A program made the translations under genes and the position numbers. A stretch of 64,000 bases of DNA. Source: Heterodontus francisci (taxonomy: Eukaryota). Location of the stretch: the NCBI RefSeq assembly GCF_036365525.1, contig NC_090380.1:109577942-109641941 (forward strand). The letters are read 5' to 3'. The notes below the pieces were generated by a model that had not been told where the DNA came from, searched no databases, and worked only from the letters and a program-made list of their open reading frames with translations. Below are positions 12,276-22,884 of the stretch, in pieces. Within the stretch, counting starts at the first letter, position 1, and each line of letters opens with the position of its first letter.

Positions 12276-13735
12276 CACCAGAATCACGGTAGTGGGAAGG
12301 ACAAAGAAGGTGGCCAGACAAGTGAAAAACATTTCCATTGTGGAGTCAGCAGGTGCAGCACAGTCTCTCTGGACCCCATCAGAAAAGTTGAGGCTGTCAG
12401 ACTACTGCCCTGTGAGCACTCGCTTCCCCCCCCACCCCACCCCCCACTGCCCTGCTGCTAGCAGCGAAACCCTCCTGAAACCCTCTGCACCACCACTTCC
12501 CTGAAAGCCGGTATGCCATCCTTGGCGACCCAATATTCCCCTGTCAACAGCTCTCCATATTTTCACCCGTTGCGGGCAGCAAATACACCATCAGTATTTA
12601 AAGGAGACCATTTCCATACATGGTCGGATTATCTTCAATTTAAAGAATTTAACGGGAACATAAATCGGCATAGATGTAAAATGGATGTAACTGGGGCTAC
12701 CGGCTCACAATCACCCATTCTACACTACTGCAAAAAGTCAAAATCTACCCCAAATTACTGAGAGAATACTGGTTGATTTTACATTTGAATGAAGTGGACT
12801 TTCTTATCTTGTGGACCCACTGCACTGCAACATATTAGAAAATAAAATGTCGATAGCATTAAAATAAAAATCAAAAGGAAATATAACCACTTTGAAATAG
12901 TTGCAACCAAGTGTTTAATTACTGCATTAAGATTTCACAACAGAAACTAAACCAACAGGCACTTTGGTTTCACTGTTGCCTGGAAATACGATAAAAATTC
13001 ACAAGAGCTCTTCAGAGTCTCCTTAATGATCGTCAGGCTGCATTATTGCAACTTCCAATTCCACATTGAGAATGTATCTTTTCATATTAAATTTACCATT
13101 TCAATGATAATGGTTGAAGATCTTAAACAGCAAATTAAATACTAAGCTGTACAAGTTGGCCATTGGCTTTTGTACACAATTATCCTTAAGGAAGAACCTT
13201 CTCTTTTGACTGTATGCATTTTCAATCTCAGTTCAGTGAAGTGAATTCATAAATGATTCGTGCTTTCTTCATACTTAATTTCCTTGCTTTACCTTTTGGC
13301 AAATTCTTTCTCTCAACTATAAAGGCCTTCTGTATAGAGTGTTTCCGTCACACAACAGGCAGGATATGCTCTCTGCCTGCCCAATGAAGGCAGCATGGCA
13401 CCCGTGTTATTTTCACAGTTGTGCCTTGTTTAAATGTGAAAAAGTGCTTCCTATAATCAATTACGCTATTTGGCGATAGGAAATTGGCAAAGGCAGACAC
13501 ATTGGAGAGGCCTGCAGGAGCACGTTAAAGGTGAGAGGGAGGAGTATCTCGAGTTAAAGGAGGCAACAGTTTAGCCCAGCAAGGATATTAAATCTACAGC
13601 TCAAAATCCACAGGGGACTGCAAAAAATGTGGGCCAAAGCTGCATCCAGTTTTCCTTGACTGCAGCTGATGATGCCTTCAATGAAAGCTTAAAATAGCCA
13701 CCTTTCATCTTCTACAACTATGTTTAGTGGGCCTA

Positions 13736-14150
13736 ATAACAACTTGCATGTATATGATGCCTTCAGCATAATAAACCGTCCCAAAGCACTTCACAGGAGT
13801 GTTTATCAAACAGAATTTGACATCTAGCCACACTAGGAGTTACTAGGACAGGTGATCAAAAGCTTGGTCAAAGTCTTGGGTTTTAAGGAGTGCTTTAAAG
13901 GAGGAGAGAAAGTTGGAGAGGTTTAGGGAGGGAATTCCAGAGCTTTGGGCCTAGTCAGTGGAAGCACAGTGACCAATGGTGGAGCGATGAAAATCAGGGA
14001 TGTGCAAGAGGCCAGAATTAGAGGAGCTCAGAGATCTCAGAGAGTTGTGGGGCTGAAGGAGGTTACAGAGATACAGAGGGGCGAGGCCATGGAGCAATTT
14101 GAAAACAAGGATCAGAATTTTAAAATTGAGACGTTGCCAGACCAAGAGTA
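13736..14150 (-). mobile_element. L2 LINE 3' fragment
   Basis: ORF 13951..14169 FKILILVFKLLHGLAPLYLCNLL...LSSSNSGLLHIP, typical L2 ORF2 C-terminus. Confidence 0.8.
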
Positions 14151-14354
14151 GAAACTTGTGGTAACCCAATTGGTGCCGATGAAAATGGCATTAGTGGGTT
14201 GTAACTAGTTCATTTGACTATGACTCCCATATATTCACCTGATTTCAGTCTGAAACAGGAGGGAATGAAGTGGTGAGTCTCCACTTTTGTTCAACATGCT
14301 ATTTTGATTCCGGTGCTGCCCATTCTTAAGTTCAAATGGTGGAGGGTAGGGCTA

Positions 14355-15610
14355 TAATCAGGGATAATCAGCATTGCTTTGTTAAGGGAAGGCCGTGTCT
14401 GACTAGATTGAATTTTTTGAGGAAGTGAAAAGGAGGCTAGATGAGGATAGTGCAGTTGATGTGATCTACATGAATTTTAGCAAGGCTTTTGACAAGGTTC
14501 CACATGGCAGACTGGTTAAAAAAATAAAATCCCATGGGATCTAGGGTAGCAAGCTGGATATAAAATTGGCTCAGTGGCAGGGTAATTATTGACAGGTGAT
14601 TTTGAAACTGGAAGGCTGTTTCCAGTGGGGTTCCGCAGGGCTCAGTACTAGGTCCCTAGCTTTTGGCGGTATATACAAATGACTTGTACACAAATGTAGG
14701 AGGAATGATCAAGAAGTTTGCAGACGACACAAAAATTGGCCACATGGTTAATAGTGAGGAGGATAGCTGTAGGCTGCAAGAAGATATTGGGCAGAAAAGT
14801 GGCAAATGGAATTTATACCAGAGGAGTGTGAGGTGATGCATTTGGGGAGGTCCAGCAAGGCAAAGGAATACATGATAAATGGGAGGATACCGAGAAGTGC
14901 AGAGGGAGTGAGGGACCTTGGAGTGTATGTCCACAGGTCCCTGAAGGTAGCAGGACAAGTCAAGTTGGTTAAGCAGTCAAATGGAATCCTTTCCTTTATT
15001 AGCCGAGGTATAGCATATAAGAGTAGGGAGGTCATGCTGGAACTGTATAAAACATTAGTTAGGCCACAACTTGAGTACTGTGTGCAGTTCTGGTCACCTC
15101 ATTACAGAAAGGATGTAATTCCACTAGTGAGGTTACAGAGGAGATTTACAAGGATGTTGCCAGGATTGTATCTATGAGGAAAGATTGAATAGGCTGGGGT
15201 TGTTCTCTATGGAACAGAGAAGGCTGAGGGGAGATTTGATTGAGATGTACAAAATTGTGAGGGGCTGAGATAGAGTGGAGGTGAAGGTTTATTTACCTTA
15301 GCAGAGAAGTCAGTGACTAGGGGACATAATTTTAAAGTGATTGATGGAAGGATTAGAGGGGAGATGAAGAAATTGTTTTTCACCCAGAGGGTGGTGGCAG
15401 TCTGGAACTCACTGCCTGAAAGGGGAGTAGAAGAAGAACCCTCAACTCATTTACAAGGTGTCTGGATGTGTACCTGAAGTGCCCTAACCTGCAGGGCTAT
15501 GGACCAAATGATGGAAAATGTATTTAGGTGGGGTGGCTCTTTTTTTTGGCCAGCATAGACACAATGGACCAAGTGGCTCCTTCTGTGCCATAAACTTTCG
15601 ATGATTCTAT
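14355..15610 (+). mobile_element. CR1 LINE RT and 3' fragment, degraded
   Basis: FSKAFDKVPH, GVPQGSVLGP, KFADDTK motifs; ORF 14806..15177; tail ttcgatgattctat. Confidence 0.88.
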
Positions 15611-15638
15611 AAAAATCGCCCTGTACATGTGAAACTGT

Positions 15639-16415
15639 TCTTCTTCTTCTTTGGCCTCCTTGTCTCGAGAGACAATGGGAAAGCGCCTAGAGGTGGTCAG
15701 TGGTTTGTGGAGCAGCTCCTGGAGTGGCTATAAAGGCCAATATTAGAGTGACAGACTCTTCCACAGGTGCTGCAGAAGAAATTGTTTGTCGGGGCTGTTA
15801 CACAGTTGGCTCTCTCCTTGCGCTTCTGTCTTTTTTCCTGCCAACTGCTAAGTCTCTTCGACTCGCCACACTTTAGCCCCGCCTTTATGGCTGCCCGCCA
15901 GCTCTGGCGATCGCTGGCAACTGACTCCCACGACTTGTGATCAATGTCACAGGACTTCATGTCGTGTTTGCAGACGTCTTTAAAGCGGAGACATGGACGG
16001 CCAGTGGGTCTGATAGCAGTGGCGAGCTCGCTGTACGATGTGTCTTTGGGGATCCTGCCATCTTCCATGCGGCTCACATGGCCAAGCCATCTCAAGCGCC
16101 ACTGACTCAGTAGTGTGTATAAGCTGGGGATGTTGGCCGACTCGAGGACTTCTGTGTTAGAGATACGGTCCTGCCACCTGATGCCAAGGATTCTCCGGAG
16201 GCAGCGAAGATGGAATGAATTGAGACATTGCTCTTAGTTGACATACGTTGTCCAGGCCTCGCTGCTGTAGAGCAAGGTACTGAGGACACAGGCTTGATAC
16301 ACTCGGACTTTTGTGTTCCGTGTCAGTGCGCCATTTTCCCACACTCTCGTGGCCAGTCTGGACATAGCAGTGGAAGCCTTTCCCATGCGTTTGCGCTTCC
16401 ACTGCTTCCACTGCT
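15639..16415 (-). mobile_element. RTE-clade LINE, 5'-truncated
   Basis: Near-identical to 25850-26590; C-terminal CSTCGRVC..H...C finger; (GAA)n tail; 12-bp TSD ATGTGAAACTGT at 15627-15638 and 16416-16427. Confidence 0.92.
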
Positions 16416-17214
16416 ATGTGAAACTGTACTAGTATGAAAAGAAGGGGAAAGAAAACAGTTATTTCCTGTTGGACCATCTCACCAGTTAAATGGTATTTCC
16501 CCCATGGTCAGCAGCCAAGGACTTATAAACAACTGCCAATCTACAAAATCATCCCTCAACCATTGTCCTCAAATTAAACTGAGTTAGTGCATATTTAGAT
16601 ACTTCTCCATAGCCAGTGTACCGAAAGGGAAAGACCAACTTCAATACTGCTATCTTATAGCAGCCAAAAAATCAGAACTTTTGTCTAGGAACAGACCACC
16701 TGTGAGCAAAACCATCGGGGATCAACTAAAATGTCAAAATCTCTCAAAGGAATAACCCCCTTAGATTATTTCTCTGTAAAAATGGTAACTCTTTATAATG
16801 TGGCCTGAGACCTATCTGTGACCTATCACACTGACCTTTTCTCTCATTCTCAATTCAAAGCCTCCTTGCTCTGGCATTTTCCAGGATCACGATCGAGGAG
16901 GTTCTTCAAAAAATGTAAGCACCACAAATTACTTTCTGGTATCTGTGTGAAAGTGCCCCTCAACAAAAGAATAATGAGTAAATACTCACTATGTGAATGA
17001 TCAACTTTGCTCATTTGGTGACATGTTACTTCTGTCTGAGAAAGATCATTGATATCGCAACCTTCATGACCTCAGGATTTCCCAAAGTGCTTCACAGCCA
17101 ATTAATGACTTTCTGAAGCATAGTGACTATAGCAATATAAGGAAACATGACTCTCAATTTGTACACCAGCTACAGTAGGGCAATGGTTAAGTTACTAGTG
17201 AGGCTTGAGGAATA

Positions 17215-17618
17215 AAGCTATTTACATTTATATAGTGCCTTATGTGCTTCAGGAAATCCCAAAGCACTTTACAGCCAATGAAGCACTTTTAAAGGGTATT
17301 CACTGTTGAAATGTAGGAAACGCAGCAGTCAATTTGTGCACAGCAAGCTCCCACGAACAGCAACGTTATAATGACCAAATGATCGGTTTCAGTGAGGTTG
17401 GTTGAGGGCTGAATATTGGCCAGGATACCAGGGATAACTCCCCTGCTTTTCTTTGAAATAGTCCCTTGGGATCTGTTATGGCCACCTGAGAAATTAGATA
17501 GGGCCTTTGTTTAACAACTCATCTGAAAAACGGCACTTCAGACAGTGCAGCATCTCCTCAGTACTACACTGGACTGTCAGCCTAGATTTTTATGCTCAAG
17601 TTTCTGGAGTGGGGCTTG
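17215..17618 (-). mobile_element. Deu-domain SINE
   Basis: Reverse-complement match to the 10740 copy. Confidence 0.75.
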
Positions 17619-17887
17619 ATATTAATGAACAGAAAATTAGTTCAAACCCATCATGGTTATTTGAGAATTTGGATTTAGTTCTCAAAAAATAACCTGGAAA
17701 TAAAAATTGGTATCAGTAAAAAAAAAATGACCACACCACTATTGGATATTTATTCATTAACAGCTGTAAGATTATTAGGTTACTAAAAGTTACTAACCAG
17801 CATACTAATTGTTAAAATCCAGCTATTATAAGCTAACAACTAACTTGTTATCGTAAACTAACATTTAGCTTTATTAGAACATTTCTT

Positions 17888-18676
17888 TGTAGTAAGGTAA
17901 AGTGGAAACACTTAGGAAATAAGGCACAGTATGGACAAGATCTCAAGGCAGAGGGATTCTGGGAGATTATGTCAAGTTTTAAAAGGTTTACTTGTCGCAA
18001 AAGTGTGAGACCTTGAGAGCAGACAGTGAAAACAGCTTCTGCGTAGATTTGCATTGTAATGAGATAAGGAACCTCGAAATGTAAAAACATTGCAATAAAT
18101 AACCAACCCAAAGAGGTGCTACTTGCACAAATACGAAAGGTTAGCAACCATCAAAAAATGATCCTTGGTTGGTCTTGTATCCTTTAATACAAGACCAATC
18201 GCTGATTGGAAGAGGGGAGGGTTAACTGGAAAGCTGCCAGGATAAAAGGAGTCCTGTCCTTGCTACTGGACAGCAGAAAATTTTGAACAACAAGATGAGA
18301 GAGAGTGAGACCAACAAGGGAAACTTGAAGACCAAAAGCTGCAAAAGAAAGAGTCATGCCTTCTGTCATCCAGTCTCTAATACAGGTAGTATCTGTATTA
18401 GACTGTTAATTACTGCCTGAGTTTGTGACTATGGTTTAAATGAAAACTTAACAAACTTGTCCTTACCTTTATCTCAATAAAGTTGATTCAGAACAAGTTT
18501 TGTACAATCTGTCCAAGATGGCTCCTGGGCTGTAAGCTCCCTAGGAAGCTCCTTTGCTGTGCAACTCTATCCATGGCCGTCTGCTCCCATTCTTACTGCT
18601 TTCTCCCCCAATCTACCCTCTTAAACTGTTTAAATTCCCCTGGCTCTTTAATCAGTACATTTTAGCCCTAACTACA
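17888..18676 (+). mobile_element. Putative solo LTR
   Basis: Inverted termini TGTAGTAAGG...CCTAACTACA; TATA-like GATAAAAG at ~18241 and AATAAA at ~18476; TSD not conserved. Confidence 0.35.
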
Positions 18677-18700
18677 AGTTAACAGCTAGTTTAATGTTAC

Positions 18701-18894
18701 CTGTGCCCACTGCCCTCTCCCAGCCATAACTGCTCTTTGCTTTCTTCATTCAGCACTGAATTTTGCTCAAACTGACATCTAAATTTCTGGACACCTAGGC
18801 TGCACTTCTCTACTGGACAAAATTGCAAAGTACAGCTGGTGATACTCTGATCTTCTGTCCTGTTGTCTACATCGTCCAGTGTGTCCGCGGCCAT
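18701..18894 (-). CDS. Candidate first coding exon of an unidentified gene (MAADTLDDVDNRTEDQ...GEGSGH)
   Basis: Strong Kozak cacgccATGG, 64 open codons, donor CAG|GTAACA at 18701/18700, CpG-rich pyrimidine-rich leader; no recognisable homology. Confidence 0.35.
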
Positions 18895-18982
18895 GGCGTG
18901 CGGTAAGTCCAGTGCAGAGAGGAAGGAGCAGCGGAACCCGAGGGTAATAAGACCTAGTACAGAGGGGAAGCATTGAGAAAAA

Positions 18983-19180
18983 GGTGCCCCCGAACTCCTA
19001 AAAAGCCACGGCCCGGCGCCAGTTGACTCCATCGCGGAACGGCTCCTCGGCCACAACTTCAAAGCGCCTGCAGGAGATGTGAGGCTCGTAGCGCTTCTGC
19101 AGCGCAATGTCGGCGAATTTCTGCTGGTACTGGCTCCCGAGGCTGACGCCCACCTCCCGGAGGACGTGGATGAGCTTTCC
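18983..19180 (-). pseudogene. BCL2: Bcl-2 family (BCL2-like) BH3-BH1 fragment, disabled
   Basis: KLIHVLREVGVSLGSQYQQKFADIALQ...RRFEVVAEEPFRDGVNWRRAVAF*EFGGT aligns to BCL2 LRxAGD..Y...FA.....[21 protein letters not shown]. In-frame TAG at 18998-19000, NWGR to NWRR, no BH4, BH2 or TM visible. Confidence 0.85.
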
Positions 19181-19220
19181 CGGCATCGATGGTGGGAACT
19201 GATGAAATGCTTTATTACCT

Positions 19221-19478
19221 GCACCCCCTTTCCAACCCCTCCCCCACTTCCCCTTCCCAGCTCCCCCATCCCAGCTCACCCCCCGCACCCTCTTCCCCCA
19301 CCCCCTCCCCCCCTCGCAACCCCTTTCCAGCTCCCCCCTCGCACCATCTTCCCCTGCACCCCCTTCCCCTGCACACCTCCCCACCCCCTGCAGCCCCCTT
19401 CCCAGCTCCCCCTCACACCCCCTTCCCTCCTCCCCTCCCCCTCGCACCCCCTCCTCCCAACTGCATCCACCTATCCCT
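19221..19478. repeat. C-rich/G-rich degenerate minisatellite (cccttcccagctccccc units)
   Basis: Unit recurs at ~19251, 19321, 19396; many C3-C7 runs. Confidence 0.85.
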
Positions 19479-19544
19479 AAGCAGGGCCCCTAACAACCCC
19501 ACTGCTTTGTGGGCATCTCGGGAGAGTCCAAAGCTAAGGGAGTA

Positions 19545-22500
19545 AACTCTTAAAAGTTAAGGGTTAAAAAGTAAGTTAAAAAGTAAGACCTCAGAGGTAG
19601 TAATCTCAGGATTGCTACCAGTGCCACGTGATAGTCACAGTAGAAATGAAAGAATAGTCAGGATGAATGCGTGGCTTGAGAGATGGTGCAGGAGGGAGGG
19701 GTTCAGATCTTTGGGACATTGGGACCGGGTCTGGGGGAGGTGGGACTATTACAAATTGGACAGTCTACACCTGGGCCAGACTGGAACCAATGTCCTTGGG
19801 GGTGCTTTTGCTAACGCTGTTGGGGAGGGTTTAAACTAATGTGGCAGGGGGATGGGAACCAAATGAGGTCAGTGGACAGTAAGGAGGTAGTAACTAAAGC
19901 CTGTAAGGAACTAGATAATGTAGTCAGCGTGACTAAGGGAAAGAGTAGGCAGGGAGCAGATGATGAACGCAAAGGGACTGGTGGTCTGAGGTGCATTTGT
20001 TTTAATGCAAGAGGTCTAGTAGGTAAGGCAGATGAACTTAGGGCTTGGATCAGTACCTGGGAGTATGATGTTATTGCTATTACTGAGACTTGGTTAAGGG
20101 AAGGGCATGATTGGCAACTAAATATCCCAGGATACCGATGCTTCAGGCGGGATAGAGAGGGAGGTAAAAGGGGTGGAGGAGTTGCATTACTGGTCAAAGA
20201 GGATATCACAGCTGTGCTGAAGGAAGGCACTATGGAGGACTCGAGCTGTGCGGCAATATGCGCAGAACTCAGAAATAGGAAGGGTGCGGTAACAATGTTG
20301 GGGCTGTACTACAGGCCTCCCAACAGCGAGCGTGAGATAGAGGTACAAATATGTAAACAGATTATGGAAAGATGTAGGAGCAACAGGTTGGTAGTGATAG
20401 GAGATTTTAATTTTCCCAACATTGACTGGGATTCACTTCGTGTTAAAGGTCTAGATGGAGCAGAATTTGTAAGGAGCATCCAGGAGGGTTTTCGAGAGCA
20501 GTATGTAAATAGTCCAACTCGGGAAGGGGCCATACTGGACCTGGTGTTGGGGAATGAGCCCGGCCAGGTGGTTGAAGTTTCAGTAGGGGACTACTTTGGG
20601 AATAGTGATCACAATTCCGTAAGTTTTAGAATACTCATGGATAAAGACGAGAGTGGTCCTAAAGGAAGAGTGCTAAATTGAGGGAAGGCCAACTATACCA
20701 AAATTCGGCAGGAGCTGGGGAATGTAGATTGGGAGCAGCTGTTTGAAGGTAAATCCACATTTGATATGTGGGAGGCTTTTAAAGAGAGGTTGATTAGCGT
20801 GCAGGAGAGACATGTTCCTGTGAAAATGAGGGGTAGAAATGGAAAGATTAGGGAACCATGGATGACAGGTGAAATTGTGAGACCAGCTAAGAGGAAAAAG
20901 GAAGCATACATAAGGTCGAGGTAGCTGAAGAAAGACGAAGCTTTGAAAGAATATTGGGATTGTAGGCGCAATCTGAAACGAGGAATTAAGAGGGCTAAAA
21001 GGGGTCATGAAATATCTTTAGCAAACAGGGTTAAGGGAAATCCCAAAGCCTTTTATTCATATATAAGGAGCAAGAGGGTAACGAGAGAAAGGATTGGCCC
21101 ACTCAAGGACAAAGGAGGAAAGTTATGCGTGAAGTCAGAGAAAATGCGTGAGATTCTAAACGAGTACTTTGCATCGGTATTCACCGAGGAGAGGGACATG
21201 ACGGATGTTGAGGTTAGGGACAGATGTTTGATTACTCTCGGTCAAGTCGGCATAAGGAGGGAGGAAGTGTTGGGTATTCTAAAAGGCATTAAGGTGGACA
21301 AGTCCCCAGGTCCGGATGGGATCTATCCCAGGTTTCTGAGGGAAGCGAGAGAGGAAATAGCTGGGGCCTTAACAGATATCTTTGCAACATCCTTAAACAC
21401 GGGTGAGGTCCCGGAGGACTGGAGAATTGCTAATGTTATCCCCTTGTTTAAGAAGGATAGCAGGGATAATCCAGGTAATTATATACCGGTGAGCCTGACG
21501 TCAGTGGTAGGGAAGCTGCTGGAGAAGATACTGAGGGATAGGATCTATTCCCATTTGGAAGAAAATGGGCTTATCAGTGATAGGCAACATGGTTTTGTGC
21601 AGGGAAGGTCATGTCTTACCAACTTACTAGAATTCTATGAGGAAGTGACAAAGCTGATTGATGAGGGAAGGGCTGTAGATGTCATATACATGGACGTCAG
21701 TAAGGCGTTTGATAAGGTTCCCCATGGTAGGCTGATGGAGAAAGTGAAGGCGCATGAGGTCCAAGGTGCACTAGCTAGATGGATAAAGAACTGGCTGGGC
21801 AACAGGAGACAGAGAGTAGCAGTGGAAGGGAGTTTCTCAAAATGGAGACGTGTGACCAGTGGTGTTCCACAGGGATCCGTGCTGGGACCACTGTTGTTTG
21901 TGATATACATAAATGATTTGGAGGAAAGTATAGGTGGTCTGATTAGCAAGTTTGCAGACGATACTAAGATTGGTGGAGTAGCAGAGTGAAGGGGACTGTC
22001 AGAGAATACAGCAGAATATAGATAGACTGGAGAGTTGGGCAGAGAAATGGCAGATGGAGTTCAATCAGGGCAAATGCGAGGTGATGCATTTTGGAAGATC
22101 CAATTCAAGAGTGAACTATACAGTAAATGGAAAAGTCCTGGGGAAAATTGATGTTCAGAGAGATTTGGGTGTTCAGGTCCATTGTTCCCTGAAGGTGGCA
22201 ATGCAGGTCAATAGAGTGGTCAAGAAGGCATACGGCATGCTTTCCTTCATGGGACTGGGTATTGAGTACAAGAGTTGGCAGGTCATGTTACAGTTGTATA
22301 GGACTTTGGTTCGGCCACATTTGGAATACTGCGTGCAGTTCTGGTCGCCACATTACCAAAAGGATGTGGATGCTTTGGAGAGGGTGCAGAGGAGGTTCAC
22401 CAGGATGTTGCCTGGTATGGAGGGCGCTAGCTATGAAGAGAGGTTGAGTAGATTAGGATTATTTTCATTAGAAAGACGGAGGTTGAGGGGGGACCTGATT

Positions 22501-22879
22501 GAGGTGTACAAAATCATGAGAGGTATAGACAGGTTGGATAGCAAGAAGCTTTTTCCCAGAGTGGGGGATTCAATTACTAGGGGACACGAGTTCAAAGTGA
22601 AAGGGGAAAAGTTTAGGGGGGATATGCGTGGAAACTTCTTTACGCAGAGGATGGTGGGTGCCTGGAACACGTTGCCAGCGGAGGTGGTAGACGCGGGCAC
22701 GATAGCGTCTTTTAAGATGTATCTCGACAGTTACATGAATGGGCAGGAAGTAAAGAGATACAGACCCTTAGAAAATAAGCGACAGGTTTAGAGAGAGGAT
22801 CTGGATCGGCGCAGGCTTGGAGGGCCGAAGGGCCTGTTCCTGTGCTGTAATTTTCTTTGTTCTTTGTTCTCTTTGTTCT
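19545..22879 (+). mobile_element. CR1 LINE, truncated in ORF1, with complete but disrupted ORF2
   Basis: ORF1 end 19612..19839; ORF2 pieces 19839..20681 (APE), 20943..21989 (RT), 22054..22791; (TTTGTTC)n tail. Confidence 0.95.
19839..22791 (+). pseudogene. CR1 ORF2 (APE endonuclease + reverse transcriptase)
   Basis: IAITETW, GDFN, SDH; QHGF, KAFDKVPH, GVPQGSVLGP, FADD; stops at ~20679 and ~20922, frameshift near 21985. Confidence 0.93.
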
Positions 22880-22884
22880 AACAG

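Noticed and set aside
13291-13451. Minus-strand AG...GT exon candidate
   Set aside because: Stops in all three frames.
18701-18894. Possible VPS4-like N-terminus, considered because VPS4B neighbours BCL2 in vertebrates
   Set aside because: Only a few scattered residues match; not enough to name the gene.
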